Assembly (NCBI GenBank): GCA_965235115.1 | Contig: OZ249445.1 | Span: 18,290,001-18,354,000 of the forward strand | DNA: 64,000 nucleotides | Source: Laetmonice hystrix | Lineage: Eukaryota | Direction: 5' to 3' | Shown here: one piece after another, positions 1-13,260 of the stretch | How positions within the stretch are numbered: the first letter of the stretch is position 1 | How the letters are laid out: the number at the start of each line of letters is the position of its first letter | The notes under the pieces: generated by a model | What the model saw: the letters and a program-made list of their open reading frames with translations, nothing else | Databases searched by the model: none | Told to the model about the DNA's origin: nothing | Translations under genes and position numbers: made by a program

Positions 1-3000
1 CCTTATCACCCTATTTCCATATACTTTATCCTCTGTTAGAATGCCAGCGGTGTCAAAACAAAGGTAATTAGTACGAGGTAATGAACCAATAATCTGCCTC
101 ATTATGGGGTAAAATTCACTCAGGCAGGACTACTCTTTGGCCTGTGATCATCATACAGTCACAGGTTTACTTACAAATGGACTGACGGCAATGGTGTACT
201 GCCTGATCTGGTTTTCTACTTCACAGGCAACTTTTACTCTGCTCAATATGCAGATGGACCACCTGCTAGCGTTGACGTGTTGGCACTCGGTGAAACGGCT
301 ACCAATAACGGCATCTGTTCAAATTCCTCACAGGGACTTTCAATGTAAATTCTGACACAGAGCTGGCTACAACAGAACGGACCAGACCCCTGCACATTCA
401 AATCCTCACACGATTTACATTTTCACGTATGATATCAAACATAGTCCCTGCTCTATATCTGACACCTTAAAATTCAAGTATGATAAGTAAGCTTGGTGTG
501 AACATGGGTACAACAATACAATGAGACCAAGTCAGTATGTGCTGGTATGTAAGTTAGTATGTGCTGGTATGTAACTGGTCCTGTACAAGCTGTCTAAGGT
601 ACGGTACCTGACCCGACTGCATGACTAATTAGATAATTAATTACCCTTAATGACCAAACAAAGTGGGCCAGGACGTCTAGGAGAGCCCTGTTACCTCACA
701 TTCCCCATATATCACCTGTGTGCCGTCATAGGTCTGTCTTACGTTGTGACATATCACTTTTTGCATTCAAGCCACCAGGCAGGGTGAAGACAACAGGACA
801 AACAGCAGACCGTTTTATAGTACTGCTCCTGGTGCTCCATGCTGTCATAAACTTTTTTCTAAACGAAACAAACCACTTTAATGACTACCTGGAAATATCA
901 CATCCAATGTACCTGGCAGATTTATACTTTCAGATCACTGTACATAGAAGTGTATATAACTTGTAGTTATTCTAGTTATTCTTTAATTATGGCACTACAT
1001 TCAATGATTGTACTTCATCTACAATGAGTTTGACACAATGATACAGACATAAATCCACGAGTTTTACAGACCATTATACATATATACGGGTAACCTCGTC
1101 TGTGTTTTGATTCTTGATGTGACATCATGAGTGATCACAGTCAAACTCAACAACATAAAAGAAATCTACAAACTATGCCACAAACTGTGACCATGAAAGC
1201 CGGTTACCGAGTACATCTCGCTTCCTTGTTCCCGAAAAACCTAAACACGGTGCCTAATCCTAACCATTGTAATGCTAATCAATACTTGTGTCTATTGTAA
1301 CCATGAGCAAAGTAAAGCTGGTCCAGATCTCAAGCCACAGCGTAACAGTAGACCTACTTAACCATTACAGAGACCAATGTTGATCCTCGCAAAGCCTTTG
1401 ATCGTGTTCACCTTGGTATTGTAATCCTCCAAGGTCAGATTCATACAGTAGTGTGTACAAGCTTTGCGTAACTTTAAAACGTCTGTTGAGAGCACTAGTT
1501 TTCAAGGCAGGTGTAGGGGGACAGCTGCTGTTCAATAAATGAATTAATTAAATAACCTCAGCCTCCTTGTAAACCTGACGGAGGTCCTGTTATCTTTTCT
1601 TTGCAGAAAGAGAGAAGTATTCACCCTGGTTTCAGAGTTAAAATACAAACTTGAACTGCGATATAGCCTGAACCCTTATGGAACCTAGTCAACCTAATTG
1701 TTTGAGAGAAAAAGTTACCTAGATAGCAACAGGCACCTTAGCTTAGTGGCCACACTGGTGAAGTGCCTAATTTGTACCAGTATCAACTACAGAGTACTAA
1801 CCTGAAGGATGGCTGTAGGTTGTGCCTCACATCCATCAGGCCGCAAATAACTGCCTACTGCCTGAAGAAATACTTTGGCAAAACTTGACTTGGATTGACC
1901 AAAATTTAAAAAAAGGCGCAGTCTATAACTGTTTTTCACTGAGACATGACCACAAAGCCAGAAACCTATTTGAACTTCACATACTCAGCCACACCGCCCA
2001 AAAAGGAATGTATCCTGTACAACGGTTGTAGGGAGCACCCTATGTTGAGGGCCTTGTTGAAGGCTGTAAACCTGTCAAACATACCCGACAATCTCCCGGG
2101 TCCCTAGCCGGAACCTTCTTACCTGTCACTCCCATCTCCCCTACACACACAATCCTCACTTCAATGCTATCTGACGGTACGACAAAATACCACATGACAA
2201 GACACACATAAATACTGCTACGTACTCCCATACATCTCACAACCATTAAAATTACCCCTACAGCATCCACGGCTGGAAAAACCATGAATTCTCCTCATAT
2301 ATTCTCCGGTAAAAAGTATTATATTTCTTAAACTCCCCGAAGGAATGAAGGCACTTTCCAATACCGTTTTAAGTTTTTTTGTCTGAATTATGTGCCGTAG
2401 ATTTACGTTCACAGTAATCTGTGTTCACCGACATAATTTTGCAACAGCCGACAACCCCATAGAGTGACTTTACTTCTTGAAGACTAAGTAACAATAGATG
2501 ACGAAGTTTCTCAAAGTAAGATAAATGTACATTTCTTTTTCTGTAAGTGTGAACTGAATAACAATGCTGCATGTTTCTGACATATAAAGAAAATAAATTC
2601 CTAAAGCTAAACCTCTCAGTTCTCAGCCGACATTCTAAGGACAAGGTGATTTCTGATTGGCGCAGAACACCGGCATCCTATACTGACAAGTTGCCATGAC
2701 CGTGGTACAAAATCAACATTAATATTTATTCTAGTCTCTCCTCTGGTGACACTTTTAACCCCGTTGTCCTGACAATTTCAGTGAAAGATTACTTGTAGTC
2801 AAACTTCCGTCACGTTTCTCCTTGAGGTCCATTCATTTTACCAGTCACACAATTGTGTCCAAACAAAATTAACGGGCAAAACGCTAAATACAAACGTGAT
2901 GTTGGGACGTAAATTGGTACCGCTTCATGGTGTAAGAGAGAATTTTGCAATTTAGTCTCCCAGCCCATTGAAACGACTACAAGCGAAGTGGACTGACAAC

Positions 3001-4336
3001 GACGTTCGATGATTTTATTGATTAAAACTTGTGCCAGTTTCTGACAGCGGAGTACTTGTATCAAGGCTTCCACTGGAGAGTCGTTCAAAGGGGGCAGTCA
3101 GAGAGATAGAGGAGAACTGCAATGGTTGAGCGTCCTTGCCCGCGCCTGTCTACTGTTGAGTACATGTAGGGTTCCCACAATCAACTGGTGGTGGTAAGCC
3201 CCCCTCCCCCCACCCCACAGGCTGAGTCGGGCTGACTGTGACATGAATCTCTCTGTGTTATTGATTACATTTGTCTTTTATCTCTGATGTAAGGAATCAC
3301 ACAGACCATCAGCTGAGCGAGCACAGCAGGGTATAGCATGAATTAATCACCAACAACGGCTTCAAACAGTTCCTGGGCCGTGCACGCAGTTTCTCCAGCC
3401 GAGCGCGAACGTTGCTCTTCTATAGATTGATTATGCATTAATATTTGGGTCAAAATGTCCAATTTGCATCCTACTGCGAGTCACAGCTGAATGCACGTAT
3501 TGGGTCAATTTTACGTCACGCTTACTGCTCATCTTTGTGATTTTTTTTTTTTTTTTTCCTCGATCAAAGCAATTTCACTCTCACATGCGACATACATACA
3601 TGTACTAGTCATTTTATCCTTTCATATATTGTTACTTATTATCATGTTACCTTATCTTATTTGAAACAATACACGTGCATTTGATAGATCCCAGAGTTAT
3701 GAATAGAATTACCCGCCAGTGTTTTAGTTCTGATACATTACCCTTTGCCAGAAAATCACTCTAGTTTGCAATCTGCTTATACAGACAATGCAAGCATATC
3801 ATGACTGTGACACAGGTCTGATGTCAACCAGCTATACTCCTGTGTCAATAGAATAAGGACTGAGTCAACATGGCTCACTGGCTCAATCTGGCCAACTAAA
3901 CCACATCAAAGTGCTTGTTATGATCAGTCAAGTCAAGTGTTGCATCAACCTCAGAGCTAATATCAGTTCTAGTATCTAAGCAGTCTCATCGGGAGGTACA
4001 GCACTTCGACTAACGTCACAGTGTGGCACAAATACCAATGCCATAGCAACTACTTTCACCAGACTAAAGTTCCCATGGATATCATTGTTGAGCCCCCCCC
4101 CCCCCCCTTGACCCTGGGGCGGGGGAGCTGTCAATACTGCATGGATTATTATGTCATCACGTGCTGGTTATTAACGAATCTTACACAACCGACATCAGCT
4201 ATGGCTGTATTGATCAGTTGTAACTGAACTCTGCTGATGGTGGGAACTGCCTCCACCGCTGCAGCTTTCTTTGATACGATATGTGCAAAACAGGATCATA
4301 TTGAAAGAGGTCTTTGAGCATGTGGCTAGAGCGTGT

Positions 4337-4410
4337 ACTCACTGACTGCTACGGTTCTCAGGGTACTACTTACCTGAAACATACAAGAAAAACAAAATAA
4401 ATACATGAAT
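4337..4410 (-). other. Candidate recursive splice site (ratchet point) with 31-nt cryptic RS-exon (4343-4373)
   Basis: Minus strand reads ...ttcatgtatttattttgtttttcttgtatgtttCAG|GTAAGTagtaccctgagaaccgtagcagtca|GTGAGT. T-rich tract, no AG for ~45 nt upstream, branch-like TTCAT about -33, zero-nt junction to a perfect donor, second donor at 4342-4337. Confidence 0.75.
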
Positions 4411-5385
4411 ATTCAAATACTCCATATCCCACCCAACGATCAAAATCATATCTGAATGTCAAGTAACACAAGTTACAGTAGCGTTGCAGAGACACCAAGA
4501 TACCTAAGCCGTCCATTACTGGTTCCACTCATCATTGTTTACAAAGGCCGGTATAAAGATACAAAGGTCCCGTTATAGGATGTTACAGGTCCCTACTGGC
4601 TGACCACCGCCCCATACACCAGCCCTAACCCGATCAGTCCCCACCACGTGATGGACGGGGCTGGGCTGACCGACCCGTCCTCAGCTGACCCACTGCCCGC
4701 ACAAACATCCACAGATCACCGGTAGAACCCGGTAACATTGCCGACTAGGGATCGCCTCCACCAGCCCCAGCCACTTCAGAGACCTGGCACGGGTTCCTCT
4801 CTTCAGGACCTTCTGGTAAAACAGCAGTCGTATCTCACTGGGCTGACCAATCATGGACGGCCGGTGAATCAGGCCTGTCAAGATCAGCACCTCCCGGTCG
4901 GAGGGTTCTTCTTATGTCAGCTATAGCCGATAGACAATAGGTTCAAGGTAGCAATGGGCGAGTACTCCGGGCTCAATAGGAAGGACCTGCAGGGGTTACT
5001 GGGAATCTGTGGAGTATGGGGCAAGGGTTATAGGGCGAGGCGGGCACTGGACATGGGCTGCTCGCTTCAACAGGCAGCTAACACTGGGATGATGGCATGC
5101 TACAGAACTCATAAATCATTCACAGTCACATAAACATGCACTTAGAATTAATATTAATATTAGCATCATAAAAGATTTATTACTTGCCAAGGGTAATACA
5201 AGGCGATAACATGCCTGTCTAAATATTGCCTCACCTATAATTTCCACAATAACAAGCTTGTGAAGCTTATAGCCCCCACCACGAACTATGGATTCTTGAA
5301 AAAACGATGCACGACTTCAATTGATCTTTGAAGGGCAAAGGAAATATTGTCAAATGAAACTTTGTAAACTTAGTAAAGTTCTATG

Positions 5386-5556
5386 CAGTTGTACAGCTTG
5401 ATGGCGTTATCCGGCGTAAAGATGCATGTCTCTGCAATAATTATACAGTTATGTACAGTTTGATAGTGTTATCCGACATGAAGTGTTTTGTAGATATGCT
5501 TGACCTCGATTGACCTTTAGAGGTCAGTTATGTACAGTTTGATAGCGTCTGGCGTG
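5386..5556. repeat. Three dispersed ~35 bp imperfect repeats inside the HINE
   Basis: gttgtacagcttgatggcgttatccggcgtaaag (~5388), gttatgtacagtttgatagtgttatccgacatgaag (~5448), gttatgtacagtttgatagcgtctggcgtgaac (~5526). Confidence 0.7.
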
Positions 5557-5691
5557 AACCAACTGAGTAGGGACAAATTATCTGTGGGTCCGGGGACTAT
5601 ACGTACTTTTCGCACGCTTGTTGCCCCTCATGCATTCTGTCAGCAAGAACGAAATCCAGAAATCCAGAGTTATTGCTTCGAACTTCTTTAA

Positions 5692-7080
5692 ATCCAAGAT
5701 GGCCACCAAGCCATATATTTGGCCTGTGTCCTCCTTAGACTGTCCCTGGTTATTATGTAATGTTTCATGCAAGATTAGATGTTGTTATTTTCAACTGGTT
5801 TGGAGGTACAGGCCATTAAAATATGCATGACCTTGATTGACCTTTCAAGGTCGCTCAAGGTCATGGAAAATGACGCCAAATGAAACTTCACATATGACTT
5901 CCTATCTATCAATAATAATAACTGTTGCCTTATCTTGCACCGTTTTCGAGATATGAGCCAAAACAGTGTTATGGGGGGGGGGGAGTAAAATATTAATATG
6001 GCCGCCATGTCGCCATATTTGCTCTGATCTGGCAATACATTGGCATATACATTGCCCCTCATATACACCTTCTTTCCACCAAATTTGAAAGAAATCGGGA
6101 TCGTTTTGTCCGAGTTATTGCTCCAAATGTGTTTACATCCAAGATGGCCACCACGCGGCCATTTTGACCTGTCTCATCCGTGGACTGTCCCGGATCATGA
6201 TGTAATGTTTCATGCAAGATTATGTCGTTATCTTTAACTGTTTTGAAGATCCAGGCTATTGCAAATATGCATGACCTTGATTGACCTTTCAAGGTCGCTC
6301 AAGGTCATCGAAAATGGCGTCAAATGAAACGTCATATATGACTTCCTATCTGTCAATAATAATAACTATTGCCTTATCTTGCACCGTTTTCGAGATATGA
6401 GCCAAAACAGTGTTATGGGGGGGGGGTAAAATATTAATATGGCCGCCATGTCGCCATATTTGCTCTGATCTGGCAATACATTGGCATATACATTGCCCCT
6501 CATATACACCTTCTGTCCGCCAAATTTGAAAGAAATCGGGATCGTTTTGTGTGAGTTATTACTCCAAATGTGTTTACATCCAAGATGGCCACAACGCGGC
6601 CATTTTGACTGATGTCAAAAATATCTTTGACCTGCCTCATCCGTGGACTGTCCCGGATCATTATGTAATGTTTCTTGCAAGATTATGTCGTTATCTTTAA
6701 CTGTTTTGAAGATCCAGGCTATTGAAAATATGCATGACCTTGATTGACCTTTCAAGGTCGCTCAAGGTCATCGAAAATGGCGCCAAATGAAACGTCCTAT
6801 ATGACTTCCTATCTATCAATAATAGTAACTATTGCGTCATCTTGCACCGTTTTCGAGATATAAGCCAAAACAGTGTCATTGTGGGGGTCAAGAAACAAAT
6901 ATGGCCGCCATCTCGCCATTTTGGATCTGAATTGAAATTTTATTGTGATGCATATTGGCCCTCATTATGCCTATTCCCTGCACCATGTTTGAAAGAAATC
7001 GTGATTGTTTTGGCTGAGTTATTGCTCAAAATGTGTTTTCATCCAAAATGGCCGCCAAGCGGCCATTTTGAATGATATCA
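5692..7080. repeat. Tandem array of ~441-463 bp units (3 copies plus a partial) forming the HINE core
   Basis: Anchor atccaagatggcc recurs at 5692, 6137, 6578 and (atccaaaatggcc) 7041. Anchor atatgcatgaccttg recurs at 5821, 6265, 6728. Units are highly similar, with variable G-tract length. Confidence 0.95.
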
Positions 7081-10058
7081 AAAATCTGTTTGACGTGCAT
7101 CATCCTCAGTTCATCCCTGATCCTTGTGTGAAGTTTCAAAGAAATCGACCCATACACTTCTGAGAAATCGCTGTCTACGGACATACGGACGGACGGACGG
7201 ACGGCCGTACGGACGGACGGACGGAGGTCGAATTATAAGCCCCCCGTTGTGGGGGCTAAAAAGATAAGAGCTTTGACATTAGAAGCAAGCCTCCTCGGTT
7301 TACAGAGTGGTCAGGGTTTTTTTTCACCATTTCTAATATCGTATACGGGGGCGGGCGGTATTGACTTCGGTGTAAGTAAAAAGTGTAACGTCAGCAGGAG
7401 ACACGCGGTGGTGACGTAACAGGTGTTGACCTCATGCTGGGCTGAGCCAACTGGTGTTGGCTTCAGCCATGTTGCGTTCATCATCCAGTCACCATTTGGA
7501 AAACCAGTTTCCTAGCAACAACAAGTAACAAAACATTACTTGATTGCTAGATTGCTTGAAAATTAGACCTGTGCTTTTACAATATTCTTCACAGTTGGTG
7601 GTGTGTGCATGTACGCATGCGATGTGGCCTGACAATGTCATTCTACAGAGTGCAGATTTCCTGTGCCGGGAATTCGGTCCATTTCAGACCACATAACCTT
7701 AAATAATATCTCCATATCGCGCATGCAATAATGCCTGTTGTTCTGATCTATACCATGCCAGGAACTTAAAAGAAAGGATGGTGATGAACTCTGAAAAAAG
7801 GGCGATGGTCGCTTCTACTTTGGGTATTGTCATGTCATAAATGAGCAATGATTCTTGCTACAGGGCAAACCTTAGGACAAGCGGACCCATTATCTCAGCA
7901 TTGCGGGTCAATTAGGCTCAACTTTTTGTTGGCACTTCCTGGCCTTTCCGGGCTTGTTTTCCTGGAGGGCTGCGGGCGAGGGGAGTGGACAACCTTTCTG
8001 GGGACTGTGTGGGCGGGGCGGGCCCTGCCCCAGCCCTTCCACCGCCACGCCTGGGGCACAGCTTTAGATCTAAGCCCAGACTTGGTCCCTTGCTTCATGA
8101 AACCAATTATCTCAACCGCGCTGCACTAATCCCTGCTTGCTGTATGAAGGGGTGTAGAAAGGCTAGAGGCTTGTTGTGCTTGAGAAGGGCACCTTTTTGT
8201 TATTGCCCTGAGTTCTTTGCCGGAGCTGACAGTGAGCCGGCTGTGTGGGAACGACCTCCTGATTATCATCCCCACATAACCGTACATTACGCATGCACAT
8301 GTACTGGTGTCAGTGAACGGGTAGGTTAATTCAGACACGATTTAAGAATAGTGTCCCTGTAGGCAGAATGATGACCGAATGGGATGAGGCCGCAGGCAGG
8401 GAGGGGGGAGGGGGGCGTCTCAGGGGCAGCCACCAGCTCCCTCCACTACCATCCCACATCAACTCGGTCCTACATCCCGGCTGCTTCTATCCTCGTTGTT
8501 CCATCCAACCAGCCAACGTGGAACCACCTGAGTAAATACCACCACTGTCCTCAACCGGCTTTGAGAACACTGGGAGGAGCTGGTCATCTCCATGGACACA
8601 TCTACGAGATCTTTGCTACCGCCGGGTTTGGTGGCTTGAATTCACACTGAGGTGTCGTCCAATGACCAAACGGTTTTATCTGCACAGAGGGCGGCCCAAG
8701 GGTCTTGTATTTCAGTCCGGTACCGTGCGGGTGTTATACATAATACTATGTATTACTACACACCAGACCGCTGTTTCATAAACTGTCCATATCGATTAAC
8801 TAAAAGTTCTATATATATAGCCCACAATCTTTTTGTCCCTGATTACTTTTCTCCTTTTCAACCTAAACTTAGAATTACCATGACCTCGACCAATACATCA
8901 CGGCCTTTTCCTGGTTTGGAACCACAGTAATCCGCCACACTGACTCGCCAAATTGTGTTTATTGCTGTTACTGACTCGGAGCGCGCCGCCCAGATTCCAC
9001 ACTGGCCTGAAGCTGACCCTGGTGACCATCAGTCGGAGAGTTGTCTATTGTCTTTCCCTTGCCCAATCCCCTCACGCTGACCATGCAGTGCCAGGCTGAC
9101 CACATGCTGGGTGCGAGGTGTGTGATCAGTAAACACGACCCACCTCGGCTTGTCAACAATAATAACCGCGCTTAACCTGGCCTGCAGCCCCGAATTAACA
9201 TCAGGTGTCGGGCGGACAGGTTGGTGAGCGGGTGGTCCATGCAGTCCAAGCTCATGCTAACAACGGTTCCGAACGGTCGCCAGTCTCAGTCATGGTTATC
9301 AACGAACACAGGTCAAGGTAATCAAACACTAATCAGCTCTCTTATTCCAGTCAGAATCTCTTTATTAACAGAGAGCCGCATTCATTATCTATAAGCCAAG
9401 TTTGAGACGTGCCCGAATTAAAAACGGAGCCGTGACAACCAGTAAACAGTGAGTGATGGTGTTTACAAGCCATGAATGTACCTTCCCATGGTGTGAATAA
9501 GGTTGAAGACTTAACCTGTTATAATGTCACGGACCTATGGGTCCCCGGAGACATAAATCTGACTAAAAATCAACGTCCATCGCCTTTACTTGTTGTTACT
9601 TCAAACAAAGCCTATCACATGTCTCTTTGTTCCACTACAGAAACAGAACCGGAACATTTGGCATGTTTCTGATGCAGGGATATACATGTAGGTACCGTAT
9701 CTATTCTCAGGTTTCTCCCGGAAACCTACATCACAACGCTCAGAGCCACCTGGTGGCAGGGGCAGGAGTGAGGTCAGGAGGTGGCAGACCACTCGGGGCT
9801 CCCTTATCGAGATGCTATCATTCAGGAGCAGGTGGGCAGCAGGCTAAAACCTCGCCTGCAGGTCCTGCTCACTGCTGATACTGTAACCAGTGGCAACCCT
9901 TCCCGGAAACCCTCCAACTCCCTACAGAGCTCCCTAAACCATGCTAGATTTCTCTGCTATTAGCCCAGCTAAGTGACAAGGAAATGCCATATGCCGCTCG
10001 GAGCTTGCTCTCTGCCGTATCAAGAAAGTGCTCGCTATCTCTGCCAAGCTCTACATCT

Positions 10059-10265
10059 GACCTTATCAAATGCCTTGATGTTGTCAATGGCATGAAGCCC
10101 TACGTAACCAGGGGGGAAATATAAACTTATCTGTTCTCTTTAGTCCGCTTCAAAGAAATTGGGCTCCCCTCCCTGTTACAACTTCATCAGCCGCATCAAA
10201 ACCGATCAAACGGAGGAATGAGAAACGCCTGGGCTGTCCGTCAGAATATCCCTCAATATCACTGA
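10059..10265 (+). mobile_element. Possible decayed non-LTR retrotransposon RT fragment
   Basis: One frame reads DLIKCLDVVN...*...FKEIGLPSLLQL...VRQNIPQ, loosely like DxxKAFDxV...G...GVPQG of LINE RTs. Contains a stop and the spacing is too long. Eyeball match only. Confidence 0.2.
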
Positions 10266-13130
10266 TACACATCTCCAACAGGCTTTACTTTAACAAAGGG
10301 CAGAGTACATCTTTTTTGATTGTTCAGCGGACAGGTTCGTGGCGTGTTGGTCTAGATAACATTGACAGGCTAAAGTGGTTTCTTGGCTAGTTAATTGGGG
10401 TGAGCTGCTGCGAGGAGCGGTTTCCATGGACACTGATCTCTCGGTACCACCAGAATGGACGCCGCTTTCTGCAAGAGTGAACGGCTCCTGAAGGATGACA
10501 CACAACCACAGCCCTGGAGGAAGCCGTTAAGGGAGTGATCCGGCGGGCCGTGTACAGGAGGAGAGAGAGGCCTGATCCGGCTCCTCCAGGGACGGCTATT
10601 ATCCGGCGGTTCGGCCCTCAGACCCTCCCGACACGAGGAGATCAGTTGGGGACGACCAGCCGTCCGCTCCGTCCTCGATGTCCAGCCAGCTGTCCGGCTA
10701 ACACAAGAGGATGTTAACTGTGAAAATCCAGTCTCCTCTTCCCCAACTTCATCCTTACATTCCACACCAGACCACGGAAACGGCCTTCTACAAAACCTGT
10801 TACTATAATTATTAAAGTCTCATTTCTCTCTTGGTGTGGTTCCCTGACCAAATAAGGTCACAGTTCCCAAGTGTATACCGCAGTATGGCAACCAGACGAC
10901 ACCAATTTCAGTTGACCCCCTGCGGTAGGTGTTGAAACTAAGCTCCCCCCCCCCCCTGTCCTTGAAAATAATGGTGCCACTGAATATAATAGTAGAGGGA
11001 CGTTATGTTATTTCTCACGCATACTCTCATGTGTCTATCGCCTGCTGCTATCTCACACTTCGGACAGGGGACCGTTTATTAACATGACGTCATGGGGATA
11101 GATATTCTCATAACCACTGGGTATATCGCCGACTGGTCCTTTTATAGTCTATTCGGCACACTATATATATGCTCCCACCTGGTGACGTCATCGCTACTGA
11201 CTGATAATACTCCATCAATGACATGTTGTACCTTATGATGTCATATCTCGTATTGTTAGTTACTAACAATTACTCAACCACCTGAAAGCTACTTTCAGAG
11301 AAATTGCTCGATAATTACTGGGGAAAGTAAGGAACTCTCCCAATAATGTATGAGTGATAATAACCCGTCATTAATTTTGCTCTGAGGGTACCTGCTATCA
11401 AGGTATTAAATGTTTTAATGTTATGAGAAATATCCAATTGAAATGGATATCTGCAACAGTTCAAAATCATGAGAGGTGTAAAGTTATTCTTAAACTATAT
11501 ATTCTTCAGCTGTGATTTAATGATTGTATTTTTATTTAAAACATACAGTGTTGACCCAGATGGTGGGTGGGTGGGTGTTTGACCCTGTCCTGTCAGTGTC
11601 AGCCAGAGGCAGGCCGCGTGGTGTGGGAACCGCTAACAGTAGTTCAGTACATTCCCCTGACCGCCTGCTGGGTGTGAACTGTCCTATACAGCACTGCTTC
11701 ATTAGCACCTGTTGGCGTTCACCACCCGTTAGGGCGTCCCGCAAAGTCTTACCGCACCTGACCGATAGGTGGTGCTAACAACCTCACTGTGACATGTGGC
11801 ACTAGTGGGTCTGACGCTGATAGAAAGGCCAATTATTGAGAAACGGGATAAAATACGCGTCCAACAATGGTCGTTTACATGAGAACGACCTATGGTGTAT
11901 GCTGGCCAGGTATACACGATAAACAAATAACTAGCCATAGTATCTGAACGTCACTGGCTACATGACATACGGTCCGGTGGGCTTTTGTCTTCTGAAGTTT
12001 TTTTCCATCTCTCTCTGTTCCTGATTTGATGGCATCTTCCACATTGCTGGAACTGGTGACTCCGATCACAACGCTCCTGGAGCGGCTAACTTGTGTACCT
12101 AGCGTTCCACTACTGAGCTTGTGACTTGGATGACCTCAGCGATTGTTAATACCATCCCACGGCTGCCACGACAAGGTATGTGTACATCCACACCATGTCA
12201 GTGGACGCCGTGGTGTTGTACGTCTGTGTGTTTGACACGACGGTATGTGAACGGGGCCTAAAAACATCACCACTTACCATCACATCAAGGTGACTGTGGC
12301 CAAGACTTCATAAATCTCCATCATTTCAAACCGGTATTTCTGTCTGTGCAATACCGACGCTCATATTATACGTCTGATTGGGACGACCAAGTCGGTGGGA
12401 GGCAATCATATCACTCTCATATATGTATATCATATTATTGCCCAGTAAAATCATCTTTCAATAAACCACCAATAAACGCGCAAAAACTATGTTCTTCACT
12501 GTGGAAGGTCGGAGAAACTTAATCGAATTGCTTGAAATCCTAAAGGCATATGACCTAGAGGGTGAGGGGGGCAATCTCCTGAAAGACGATCCTTCTCCAA
12601 CACTGAGCTGACCAGTGGATGGTGCTCCACAAGGCCCTTGAACCCTCCGTAATGCTAGAAACCGTGGCCCCACATCCACCTAGCAGGTCCAGTGGTACTG
12701 GTGGGGGTGCTGTTCTATGCCTTCTCTCCAGCCCGGGTCCTCCGTATGCTCTCCTCAACCTGACCCTCCACAGAATACTTGGGCGTGCTACTAAAGGACT
12801 CGAAAACCGACAACCTCCCTGTGTCTCATTATTCACTCCACTTGTTGTCAAAGGTCTCTCAATAAAACCACACTAGTCCACTCCAACCCAACCCGGTATG
12901 GCAGGGTTATAAAAACCAACAACCCCAAACTTAATATAAATATTGAGGAAACACTGAAAAAAACTGTGGCAAATTCCATCATGAATGTCATATCCTTGTG
13001 AAGGTTTATCATCTCTGCCACACTATCAGACAGCTGAGAATGCCATACCCCCTCCACCCACCCTGGTGTACCCACAGTATCAGTTACTGAGCTCGTACTT
13101 CTCCTGTAAGGTTACATCACTAGAGGTAGA

Positions 13131-13260
13131 ATGGTAAGTGTCTCCAGTGGCAACCAGCGTGTGGTTCCCTCACATGGTAAGTGTCTCCAGTGGCAACCAG
13201 CAAGTTGTTCCCTCACATGGTAAGTGTCTCCAGTGGCAACCAGCAAGTGGTTCCCTCACA
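13131..13260. repeat. 43-bp minisatellite, 3 copies
   Basis: atggtaagtgtctccagtggcaaccagc(n5)gttccctcac starts at 13131, 13174, 13217. Confidence 0.95.

Larger units (their letters stand above)
5251..7262 (-). mobile_element. Non-autonomous Helentron-associated element (HINE / DINE-1-like)
   Basis: Subterminal inverted repeats tagcccccaccac (5270-5282) and gttgtgggggcta (7246-7258), 12/13 match. Stem-loop agccccc..gggggct (7238-7257) at one end and aagctt-gtg-aagctt hairpin (5254-5268) at the other. (GGAC)n microsatellite ~7180-7224, internal tandem array, A/T-rich ends, no coding capacity. This matches the established DINE-1/HINE layout read on the minus strand. Confidence 0.85.

Noticed and set aside
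1376-1412. VDPRKAFDRVH resembling the LINE RT motif DxxKAFDxV
   Set aside because: Single isolated motif; neither flank continues as RT in any frame.
1790-1815. Minus-strand CAG|GTTAGT
   Set aside because: Short tract, upstream CAG at about -14, no good downstream donor.
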